A stretch of 64,000 nucleotides of DNA, taken from positions 51,708,001 through 51,772,000 of the forward strand of contig CM060734.1 in NCBI GenBank assembly GCA_030704615.1. The letters are read 5' to 3'. Shown in pieces: positions 39,331 through 50,869 of the stretch. The position numbers and the translations under genes were made by a program. How positions within the stretch are numbered: position 1 is the first letter of the stretch; each line of letters begins with the position of its first letter. The stretch is from Takakia lepidozioides. Taxonomy: Eukaryota > Plantae > Bryophyta. The notes under the pieces are model-generated. The model worked only from the letters and a program-made list of their open reading frames with translations, ran no database searches and was not told the DNA's origin.

Positions 39331-42059
39331 GTGCTAAACCCACTTTGGGAGCCATACTCAATTTCTCAATAACATCAAAGTTACAGTAATAACTTTTTCA
39401 GGCTGTCTTTCAGGAAAGGCAGCGGTGGATCTTCAGGAGATACAGTCATTTGTGGCGAGTCTGTTTTCGACAGCCCCCTTTCCAATTTTTCTGCTTCCTG
39501 ATTATGCCAAGTGATGGCACTTCACGCGGCGAGTCCCTATCCCCTGACTTTTTTACTTGCCGGCCGTAGGTGTAGCCAGCGTAGATCCGGAGTTCTTAAA
39601 TACTTAAGACTTAGATGCAGAAGGAAGCGGGATACATTGTACTGACTCTGAGTCAGACTGAACTATTTCTTTTAATATTCTGTTTCATCCTCTTTGGAAA
39701 AACATGAATCCCCTTCCTCCACCGTAGTTGTTCCTTTGGAAAGAAAAATAATCAAAGAATCAACTATCATTTAAATTGGAATATGTATGAATCCATCTCA
39801 CAAACCTCCCTCACTCTTGTCATATCCATTGTGCTTTCATCTACAGTGTATTCATGCGTGCTCCATTCATGAATGTTTTCCTTTGTTCAACATCCATTGT
39901 ACATTCATCCTCTGTACTCTTTAATCCACCCCACAAACCTACCACTCTCATATCATATACGTTGTGCATTCGTCTAAAGTTTTAGTCATGCATCTTCATG
40001 TCATGAATGTTTTTCATTGTTCAACATCTATTATACATTCATCCATTTGACTCTTATCCATCCCTCATTCATCCATCTACATTCATTTTTCACACTCATC
40101 CATCTGTTTATCATCCAACTGTACATTTTCATCCATCTTTATTCATCTGTTGCTTTCAGGTGGGAATGACCACTGCCTTTTTATTATGTCGTCCAGCTTG
40201 TTTCGCGGTAAAGGGTGCCAATCCGCGGGAATACACTCCACTTCTTCCTGGGCGCGTGGTGACGCGGCCTTCAAGTGTGATGACGTGGAGTGAGCCCCGT
40301 GATGTGGCATTGGCGCAAGGTGACGTGGCGTGAGCGCAGTTGCGCTCACGCGCTCACGTGACCAGGCACTACAACAGATTGCGGCTTTTATGACTCCCAT
40401 GGGTGCGCAGTCATGACAAATTTGTGGCAGATATGCCATTTGCAGTCGTAAATGCCTTTTGAAGTCATAACATAGATCACGACGAAGCCGTTTATGCGAC
40501 TGTATGACTCCGAACTTTGCGCAACACAGGTCAAACACCCTTTGACCAGGAATATTGCCATGGCGGATATGACTACCAGTCAGGGTCATGCCCATACTAG
40601 AATGACGTGTGCATATTGCTAGACGGACATATGACTTCATGACTGCCACTCTAATGCATTCTGCCAGATCATCACATGTCATGATGACATGGAGAGTCTG
40701 TGACATGGAACAACTTATGAGGTGTCTACATATGATTGGTTAAGTGGTTTTGATATTGTGGTGCGGGGGATGATGCAAGTGAAGGGAACGGTTGCACACG
40801 AAGCAGATTAGTAGGCCGTTTGCGCTTTGTGAAGAAGAATGGAACGTGAAGCCAACATGCTAGAGAGGCGATCTGGAACCGCATCTGTTTGTGACGTTAC
40901 GTTCAAATGGCGACGTGCATTTAGTGTTTGTTGATTGCGGACAACATCAAAAGCAAGCCTCATACTGCGGAATGACAGACGAACAAATGATGCATTCAGG
41001 GGATAGGCAAATTCATGCAAATCATAGATTTCACTCATGACAGTGATGCAAAACATTGCTCAACAAAAGTCTTTGACCAGTGACCAAGAACACCAACAAA
41101 ATATGAAATCCAAAACACTCTAACATATTGCCTTGTGCAATCTGCGCTATAGCAGGCCGTCCCGGAGCTCCACGCCGTGTGGTACTGGAATAGAAGCTTC
41201 GCAATACGGGCGATCCACCCACTTTGCCATGGGGGGGTGTTCTAAGAATGGGAGAGCCCATGAAGAAAGCTTCTTGTATGATAAAACAACTGAGATAACA
41301 GCTCATGTTCTTCTCTCTAATGTACATATCCCCAATGACCTGCCCCAAGCTAGAACAGCAGCAGGATGACATCAAGGAATAATGATGTGGTGCAAGGCAT
41401 GGAACACCTGCAGGGCACCAGCAGTGTAGTGCTAAATGTACTGCACCCTGCTCGAGCCATTCACAGATGGGGGACTGTACAAGTGAGTCAGATGGTGTTA
41501 GCTGGGGCATGAGAGAAACTGCCCATAAAATGCATCTACGCAAAGAACCCATTCAACCAGCCAGAGCATCATCTATGCGGATTGCCGGATTCTTTTGGGG
41601 AAAAATGCAAACATGATAAGTAGGGACCAAGCTTAAAAGCACTCCACTGGTATTCAATGGTCCATAACACGAGCCTGCCCAATATAAGACCCCACAAATC
41701 ACTGGGGCAATTATGTAATGTAAACAAGAAGGCACATGCACTTTGTCAACAATGTACCCAAAGGCAGAACTGATGTGTAAATCTGCACGCCGTTCCAAAG
41801 TCTATAGTGACATAAATGTCATGTCACGTTGCCAGACAGACACGCCATGTAAATTGGACACCTCCAACACCCTGCTACAAGGACACCCCCAAGACCAACC
41901 CTTAGTGCCAGTCTTATGAATCCCACATTATTCATGAATCAACCGGGATTACATATTGAATTTTGCCCAATACCACCCTTCTTATACTTGAGATAGAGAA
42001 AGGCAGTCGGGGGGGGGAAGTCGTACCTCATTCTAGGTACTAGTACACATCCACATCAA

Positions 42060-45000
42060 CCAACTCCTCATCACTGGACTCTAAATCTCCATCGCAACTG
42101 TCCTCCGTGGGACATGGATGTGCTTCCTCAGATCACATATCTCTGTAGTGAAGAAGCAACCTCTTCAGGTGTCACTTGGATGGTCTGGCCACCCTGTCAG
42201 CAGCAACATTCGTCTCTTCAATGTGATTGGGGGCTAAGAGGCCTGATACACTTGCAATATCATCGTTGCAAATGCTCACATCACAAACAGCCTTGCGTGA
42301 CCTGGGGTTTTTTTCCAGCACCACGTTCCATCTCGGTTCATTCACACACTCAGAGAAAAAAACTTGCTCGACCTGTGATGGGAGCACAAAAGGCTGTTCA
42401 AGTGGAGGCAACAAGTGGGAGAAATTCACCAATGTGAAGCCAGAGTCATCCTGCTTCATTGACACATGCTGAGAGCCCACACATCGTGCACGCACCCATG
42501 AACACAATAGCACGTGGTGTGTGTGGAGCCATAATTCATTCTAAAATCTCCTTTATGACACCACATACCGTACGCTTTCCACACCTGCTCACCTGAAAAT
42601 GCAAGTACAGTCATGCTGGAAAACAGTAGAGACCCCCGAGTCATATGTCACAAAGGGGCTATTGAGTCCATCTGAAGTAACCCGAAGTGGTTTCCATAAG
42701 CCGACATGCTCTTGTATGATGTTGCGATTAATGAAGGGGGTTTTGGACATGTCAACAATTCCTTGCAGGCTGAATCAGTAGCATGGTTGGCAACACTTGA
42801 CACATGCTGGCGGACTGTTTTACCAGCCATTCTGCAAAGTGAGGGAGAGCACGGATCCTGTTCGTGTTAGCAGCATTTCAGTCTCCAACCTGGATTTCTC
42901 CACCTCATAGGTCCTGCCACACACGCACAACCACATCAATTTACTAGTGCAACCCCTGCAGCCGATGGAAGAACTACTGCACACACACCTATACAAAGCT
43001 ACCCATGCATAGCAGGTACTAGAAACTGTGACATACACTCACGTTTGCCACTACCCCACATAATGCTCAAACTGGGATGGTTGTGAATGACGTAGTGGTG
43101 GACAAGCTGCAACAATTCGACGGTCAACCTGCGTGGTCGACCAACTCCTTCCAACACCCAGCCCGACCTGATTCCTCCTCTCCTGCATTCCCACACTCTC
43201 CGCCCTAGTAGCATCAACAGAAGACAAAGTACTCTGTACAAAATCCCAATGCCTCGTCAATCACGTAGCCCCCGCCATACTGCCCTCAGGCTTCGCCAAG
43301 TTTCGCACATACCCTTTAAAATCCTTCATTGCTCTCTCCACCGGGTATATCCACCGAGAGTACAGGTCCACACAAATCCAGCTCATCCACAAGTGGATAA
43401 GTAAATGTGTCATAACATCAAAAAATGAGGGTGGGAACTCTTTCTCCAAAGACAAAGAGTCACTGCCACCTCCATCTTCAAATTCCTCATGCTCGTTGGG
43501 ATCAATCAATTTTGCACAAAGCTTGCGAAAAACACGAGACACTCTTAGATGGCATTGCGAACCAGGCGACATCAACCCGTTAGAGCAAGTGGGAGGATTA
43601 TCTGTTGCATTAGCACGTGATAATCATGTGACTTCAATTGGCTCAACTTTTGTTTGACCACATGTTTTTTGAAAGCAGAGGCATAGCCAGTGGGTACTTT
43701 CAGATTCGTGATAATCTCCAAAAACACCCGCTGCTCTGGTTTTGTGAGCACATATGGCGCATCAGGCATACCAATGTATCCACTCTGGTGGGATGGCGTC
43801 GTAACCAAAGAGGCTTTCAAATGCCCTGCAATTCCAGATCGCGGCGAACTTTCATTGTGTCCTTTTCCCCGAAAAGAGTCTTCATTATGTTCTCCGTCAC
43901 GTTCTTCTCGCAATGCATGGTATCAAAAGTGTGGCGGATGATAAGATGTTGCACCATGTGGTCTAACAAATTAGGCACATTGCAATGTAGTCATGAATGA
44001 TGTTAACAGCACAGGTTCAGTAAACAAACAATCATGCACAATGAAAACCAATGCACTGTTATGTTCCCAAAACACAGGTGTGGTAATCGCACCTCCCAGT
44101 AAGACAAGTCAAACAGAATGGACAATCGTTTTACGCCATGGAGCTTGAGGGATCGTTCTGTGCGCCTACAATCCCACCATCATCAATCCATTGTTTGTAA
44201 TGTCGTGCACGCTCCTTGATTTCGGTGGCTGTCACTGTATGTGGAGCAGGTCTCATGTCTCGCGCCCCATTAAAAAGTCTGGATCTTCTATAGGCATGAT
44301 TGTGGGGAAGATACCGTCGATGCCCCTGGAATATCAATTTCTTGCAAGCTGGGGAATATATGGAATCGACTTGAGGTCCACATGCTGGACAAGCAGAGTA
44401 CCCTTGGTGAACCTGACCTGATAACAAGCCATAGGCGGGGAAGTCATGTATGGACCACATGAGGACTGCACGCATGGTAAAAACCCGCTCTCCTTCAATG
44501 GCTGCCACATCCACGGCTGCAACTCCCACCCACAATGTCGTTAGCTCCTCCACTAGTGGTTGCAGGTAAACATCCACATTTTCACTTGTCACAGATTCCT
44601 TTCCAGGAATGAGGAGTGTTAACATGACAAAAAAATTATTCGTTACCAACCATGGAGGTAGATTATAATTGAGCACCATGATGGGCCAGGTGGACCAACT
44701 CGCGCATTTTGTGCCATAAGGATTGACCCCATCCAGTGCCAATCCAAGACGCAGATTTCTTGGATTTGAAGCAAAATCCGGCCATGTGTTGTCAATATGG
44801 CACCAAGCCTTACTGTCTGCAGCATGCCGGACCATGCCATCTGCACTTCTATGATTGTTGTGCCACTTCATGAGCTCTGCCAGCGTCTTAACTCGGAACA
44901 TCCGTTTCAATCTAGGTATGAGAGGAAAGTATCGCAGCACCTTCTTGGGCACCTTCCCACGGCCGTCCATGTATCGAGGATTGTGGCACTTGGGGCAATT

Positions 45001-45236
45001 TGCAGCCTTTTCCAGGTCTCCACGAAACAATACACATCCACGCTCACAGGCATGGATCTGTTTGTATCCTAGACCCATCATGGCGATCATATTTTTGGCC
45101 TCATACTGCGATTTGGGCAAGGTGTTTTGTTTGGGCAAAATCTCCAGCCTCAACAATGAAAATAACTCATCCACAAATGCGTTGGTACATCTGGCGCAAG
45201 AATTGAGCAACATCAATGTGGCAGTCAATCGGCTAT
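42060..45236 (-). pseudogene. CACTA TnpD/Tnp2 transposase, downstream part (Transposase_21, DUF4218- and DUF4216-like regions)
   Basis: IHACERGCVLF, LRYFPLIPRLKRMF, RNLRLGLALDGVNP, YNLPPWL, DVYLQPLVEEL, IHDFPAYGLLSG, LKSHDYHVLMQ, FPPSFFDVMTHL, PFVLPSQVEQVFF. Frameshifts present. Confidence 0.92.
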
Positions 45237-45494
45237 GGGGGTTGCTATTCCATGAGCTCATGAGCGGTGAGCTCATGAGCTCATGAGCGGGCATGGCTAA
45301 CCCATGAGCCGCAAAGTAACACACTTCGAATTTCGGCAGATTTTTTTCGGGCCAAAAACTATAAAATAATCAAAAATCGAAGATTTCCGCGCTCATGCTG
45401 GAAGCACTCCGCTCATGAGTACCAGTGTACGCTCATGACTTGGAGCCCAGGCTCATGGACCGCCAGGCCAGGTCATAGAATAACAGAATTCTGG

Positions 45495-45970
45495 GCAATA
45501 ACGGCACCGAAATTATCCCAGAGGCAGAGACGCAAGCGGAATTAGGATCCGGGTTTGCAGACTCCGAAAACGCAATGGCGACCTATAACCGTGGATAGTA
45601 CTATTGCAGAAGTGCAGGATGGTTGGTTATAACGACGCCGTAATTGGGCACAGGAAAAGAAATAGCGCGCTGAAGGCTCGGGAGTGAAGCCAACAACGGT
45701 GAAAGTAATTGGGCTCTGCCAACCAAATACCCGGCTGCATCCTCCGGAGTGCAGGCGATAACGGCGCCGAAATGGGCCCCGGAAACCAAATACTCGGCTG
45801 AAGCCACCGGAGAGCAGCCGATAACGGCGCCGAAATTGGGTCCGGAAACCAAATACCCGGCTGAAGGCTGGGGATTGCAACCAATAACGGCGCCGAAATT
45901 GACCTGCGGAAACAAAATTCTCGGCTGAAGCTTCCGCACTCCATGTAATAACGGCGCCGAAATTGGGCGT
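45495..45970. repeat. Left subterminal ~63-bp tandem array with TAACGGCGCCGAAATT
   Basis: Copies near 45499, 45630, 45759, 45822, 45885 and 45949. Confidence 0.88.
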
Positions 45971-47091
45971 CGGAGAGCAAATACCCGCCTTACGGTGAGG
46001 GAGGCCTTGCTCTCATTTTGCTCTTCACTCTTCTCTGTTGTGCCCATCTCCTCCCTGCTTTGAGTTCGTGTTGTGTCGTGAGGCCATGTCGTGCCCGAAT
46101 CACATCTATCGACGCCAGACGGGAGTCATTTTCCCGAAAGCAGACGACATCATTGTCTTCCTGGATGTTTACAGGACGATCCTCGACTTGTCCAGCTGAG
46201 AGCAATGGAGTTTCTTCCAGGATTGCACGATTCTCCTGGACCCCGGCTGGGGAGCAGGTGGTTCCTACGCATCATGGACCTGGACTTTCCGCATGTGTGG
46301 GAGCCGAACAGATCACGCACAGCGTTGCTGTATCGCTGGAATTGTTGCGAGTGGACGTATGATGAGTGCATAGGTGAAAACTTTACGCGTGGACGGACTG
46401 GCTCGGAAAGTGGGGACATTCTCTTCAGTTATGAGGATGAGGAGGAGGGGAACACAGGGCCCACTGTGAAAATGTCCTTCTACCAAGGGGCGCTATCGAT
46501 AAACACGACATCCTCGTTAGTTTCAACCGGGCGACAGAAACCACTGACATTTTGTTCAAATATAGGCACCCGGTCACTCAGGAGGTCCTTGAGAGGCCAG
46601 TTCGAGTTCCTTCTTCTTGGGCGAGGGGACCATAGGTCTTGCATGCTAGAGTAGACATGTTTCAACTTGCTGACACTCATGGCACATACATTTTCATTCA
46701 GAAATCAAGCAGCTTCCCTGTGCCATATGGGGAATATACAGGCTTCGATAATCTTCTGTTAATGTTATTTGCAATTCACTGCCAGTATGCTGGGACGTGT
46801 CCTTTGTCGTATGGATTGCTGTTTGCACAAGGTGCAGTATGCAAATGCTGGAATGTGCAGTAGGACCCTTCCCACTGGGACACAGAACTAGCAATCTTGT
46901 AAAGGCATCACATTTGCAGAACAGTAACAATGTATTTGTAGCAAATTGGAGTCTTCTCATAAAGGTGGACGAAATTCACATGTAGCCATGGCGATGCGGC
47001 ACCACCAAGTGTATAATTCCTCACAAAAAAATAGGGTGCAAGAAGATGAATGTAATATAATTGCCACTTTCTCCTTCCCGAATGTGGAATG

Positions 47092-50000
47092 TCAAGCAGT
47101 CCGACCAGTATCCTGCCGTAGGGCCTTGTGCAGCTCGTTGAAACTCAGTGTTGGAGCATGGATGAAGACGTCCACTGCGGATATGCAACTCATGCGCTTC
47201 ATAAAAATGTAATAAAGGTGTTTGCAGGGGACGTATGCTGCATTCCTCGATTCCATAACAAGGAAGTCCTCACAGTTGCAAGCTGGGTACTGTGAAACCG
47301 TGATTGCATACACGACACTGCGCGCAGCAGACCCGGCTGTTGACAACTGAAATATGCGCCCATCCCGGGGTGAGGAACATCCCTGCAACCTTGCACTATG
47401 CAGGGCATTGCAAGAGCGTTGGCCATCCTGGTGTCGTTCGCCTTTGTTGGTGGCCGCCTTTTCAGTTTACCCCACCGATGGGTGGGCCAAGCTGCGGGGT
47501 CACCCACCGGTATGCGGGGCGAAGAGCTTCTCGTGGGAGGAGGATGACGATTGGGAATTGGATTTCGTGGAACGTCTGTCCTCTCCACCAGTCGAAACCC
47601 TGCACTTCCTAGAGCGTCTGCCTCCTCCAGGGTAAGATCTGTACCACTTGCCACAGGCCAGACTGCCGGTGGTTCAGGCATGCCTTGTACACCATACTTG
47701 GGCTTGCCGAACACACACGACATGATGTCGTGCCTGCAGAACCAAAACTCCTTCAGTGTGGCCTCCACAAAACTTTGCGCACACAAATCTCCCTGTGAAG
47801 CAAGGGGCAGGCACACCGCCCTGCGGGCTCCTCCGAATCATCTCATTGCATCTCTGGTTGGTGTCGACACGAACAGCACAACATTTGCCACGAAATGTCG
47901 GACGGGTCCGTGCAATTCTCCACTGCGAGGCCGACACATCTCGCTCCACGATTGGAATGTTGTATTGGGTAACGAAAACAGGAGCAACATGCCCATCCTC
48001 GGCATGTTGTCCCGAGTCTGGCAGCGATTCCATGGATGCTGCAGGAGAGGGGGTACGAGTCCTGCTTCGTGGAGGCGTGGGACGCAACATCGTTGCGCCC
48101 CGAGGTTGAGTGCGGATGTTCATATCTGATCTCCATGAATCCCCATCCCCTCCGGGCATGTCCTCAATTCTTCTCTTCACCGGCCGGCTGCGGACATCGC
48201 CCTCCAGGCAGTTCCCCCGACTGTGTAACGGCGTTGACCTTATAGTTTCCCGCAATGCAGCAGTCCATTTTTTGGGATCGGTCGAACGATGCCGCCCTCA
48301 TCAGCATCTCCTGCCTGTCTGGTCCGATACCCCATTGCTTTCCTCCCAGAAACTGGTAGTAATGAGATTGTTGCATGATGGCCCTCACAATATCTTCTGT
48401 TGTTGCTGTCAACATGTCAACGAGATGTGCTGCAGAGGAAGCACGCCAGGAAGAGTGCACCGATTCGGCCATGTTCGTCGTCGGCATATCCGTGTCATCC
48501 TCCAAGCTCATGTCCTGTTGAAGGAAATTAGATATGTCACTGATTGTGGAGAATGTCCAAGCACAAAACAGAAACAATTGTCAAGTACAGAAATGTGTTA
48601 CCTGTCTCATGTAGTCTCCAAACTGGCGGAATCTATAATGCCACCACGCAAGCCACGTTTGCAGTTCTGGCTGATCTTTCACATCCACTGCCCCTGAAGA
48701 CACCCACCAGGCGCGTATGGTTGCAAACTCGGTCTCCGCCTCGTCGATGGAATTCGCATTTTTCCACGCTAGGCACATACTGATATGATCCTGCCGGTGG
48801 CGTGACGCCACGAACCTTTTCGTGTTTTGCGTCAAACTCTGCATGAAGTGGAACCCGCAAGATCTCTCCTTTCCTTCCATTGGAGTCTTTGGGTCGTCCC
48901 CATACCCTCCTAACTGCAGCCCAGTTTGCCTGGGCATTGTCAGCCATGAAGCCCCTAAAATCGGGAGGGGGCAACTTGGCTCTCGCCATTTGCTCATTAA
49001 TTCCGCGCCACATATGCAACTCCGAATCTGTGTCTTCTCCCTTCATTTCGCAGATAGCAATGGTCATCAACTTTCTGCAATGTGGGTCGTATACATGTGC
49101 CCCCATTGTCACCCAATCGTGGTTGGTAATTCGCCGGATGTGGTCAAACATGACCCAACAATTTGAGAGGTCTCCACTGGTCATCCGCTTCACCAAATCG
49201 ACGCCGCTCCCCGGTCCGCACGTTGACATCTTAAATATGAAGCACCTGTCCATCTCCGAGCCTTGACCAGGAAAGAAGCTGCCTTGGATGAAGTCGTAGC
49301 CGCATGTGCGTTTCACTTCCAAGATGGAGTGCATGTCTGATCCTCTTCCGATTCGTTTCTTGCAGCTGACAATGTGGTTCCTGACATTGGGGGCTGCACA
49401 CATGGGAGACAGCTTCCAGCAGGTCCTTCATGTCCCCCTCGCCCAGCTTCTCTCTTGTGCTTCCGTCCTCCGACATTATTCTGCCAATTGCAATCCTATG
49501 TGCCGATGCGAGCTGTATCTGCTTTGGTTTTGCACCGGCCTCAACCTCACCTCCTCCTTGATAATATCCTGGGCTTGTTGAAAAGCGACTCTGCAATTGC
49601 CTCTGGCGAGGGGGTGCTCATGCTTTCCGATGTGAATGCATGCTCTGGTGCACGCTGGGCCGACGGTCCCGACGTAGTACTGCTTGGCGTTGCACACTGC
49701 CATGCACGTAGGGGCTGCGTTGCAATGGGCACACTTGAACGTCCCTGCAGGAACTCTACCTTGAGGCCAAAATGGGGTCGACGAATTGCCAATCCAGTCA
49801 GTCTCATTCCTGGTGCCTTTGCTAGTGTAATGGTAACATGTGCTCGAGAAACATTTAAGATGCCCAGCACACAATACATATCTCACTCGAACTCCATCAC
49901 CCAGGTTGGACGATGAAGTTTTGGTGACACACCAAGGGTGGCCGTCATGTTTCCTGTTCATTCCTGCGAGCATGCCGTCTGGGCCTGCGCCTGCCGGCAC

Positions 50001-50690
50001 TGGAGGGAACTCGTAGATAGCATTCCCATCCACAACATCAGGCAAAGTTTCCACAGAATGGATTGGAGTTTTGTCGTAATCAAGCCTAAGAAGGTCACTG
50101 GAGCGGGAACCCGTTGTCTTCATCCTCCGCAATATGTCGATTACTGAGCGGACGGAAGTTGAGTCGGACGGTGTATGCTGAACACTCCTAGTGACGGACG
50201 ACTTCGAAACATACGATGGAAGGACCATACAGTCTTCATCGTCACTGGATAAGTCCTGGACGACTGTTTCCCTGTTTTCCTGGATTTCCCTTTTCACATG
50301 TTTGGGCTTCTCTGCTTGTGAAGAGGTGCCCACATCCTTCACATCTTGCACGCCAGACCCTCTTGTGGAAGGAGGATCAACCAAGTTCCAGCGTGGGAAC
50401 TCTTTAGGCACGATTTCACCAATGGCACTGTACCGGATGGATTCAGAAGCTGGGAGCCGCCACTCTTTGCCTTTTCCGAAATCTGCATGCAGAATGACGG
50501 CACTTTCCAAAATTTCCATAAGCATCCTTCGTCTCCTCTTCCAAAAACACCGTTCCAGGGCGGAGCCCGAACTTCACACACAAGTACTGCTCAGTGACAA
50601 TCGCAAATCCTTGGTCGCAGGGTATTTTAGCTTTCAGAGAATCAGGATGGAAGTACACGTTGACCCAAACACGGGAGTCCATTTTGAAGA
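47092..50690 (-). pseudogene. MULE transposase with GCM/WRKY-like N-terminal zinc domain, DDE core and C-terminal SWIM finger (frameshifted)
   Basis: N-terminal HDGHPW..CAGHLKC..C..CAHC..C...CIHIGKHEHP. Core: VMFDH, FMADNAQANW, CGFHF, TTNMAESVH. SWIM: CNCEDF...PCKHLYYI. Start codon uncertain. Confidence 0.82.
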
Positions 50691-50869
50691 CGGGACCTCT
50701 CGGTACGCTCCGCAGCGAAGTCCTGCAATGAGAAGAGTGTGTCCTACCTAATAACACAAATGATTTTCTGAGGATTCCGTATCCAACATGATGGGTGATC
50801 AGTGCACGTAAAGATGAAGGTGTGTAACGTACGTTAAAAAAACGGACGAAAACAGCAAGTTCACATCGG

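Larger units (their letters stand above)
32110..40366. mobile_element. Truncated MULE (element A), a relative of the MULE at 45237-58882
   Basis: Same divergent gene pair as element B (transposase N-terminus on minus, ParB-MTase-like gene on plus). No termini or TSD identified, so boundaries are approximate. Confidence 0.65.

Noticed and set aside
45237-45324. N-terminus of ORF 44131-45324 as the true CACTA transposase start
   Set aside because: It is read-through from the MULE-B terminus; the real upstream sequence is at 58883 and beyond.
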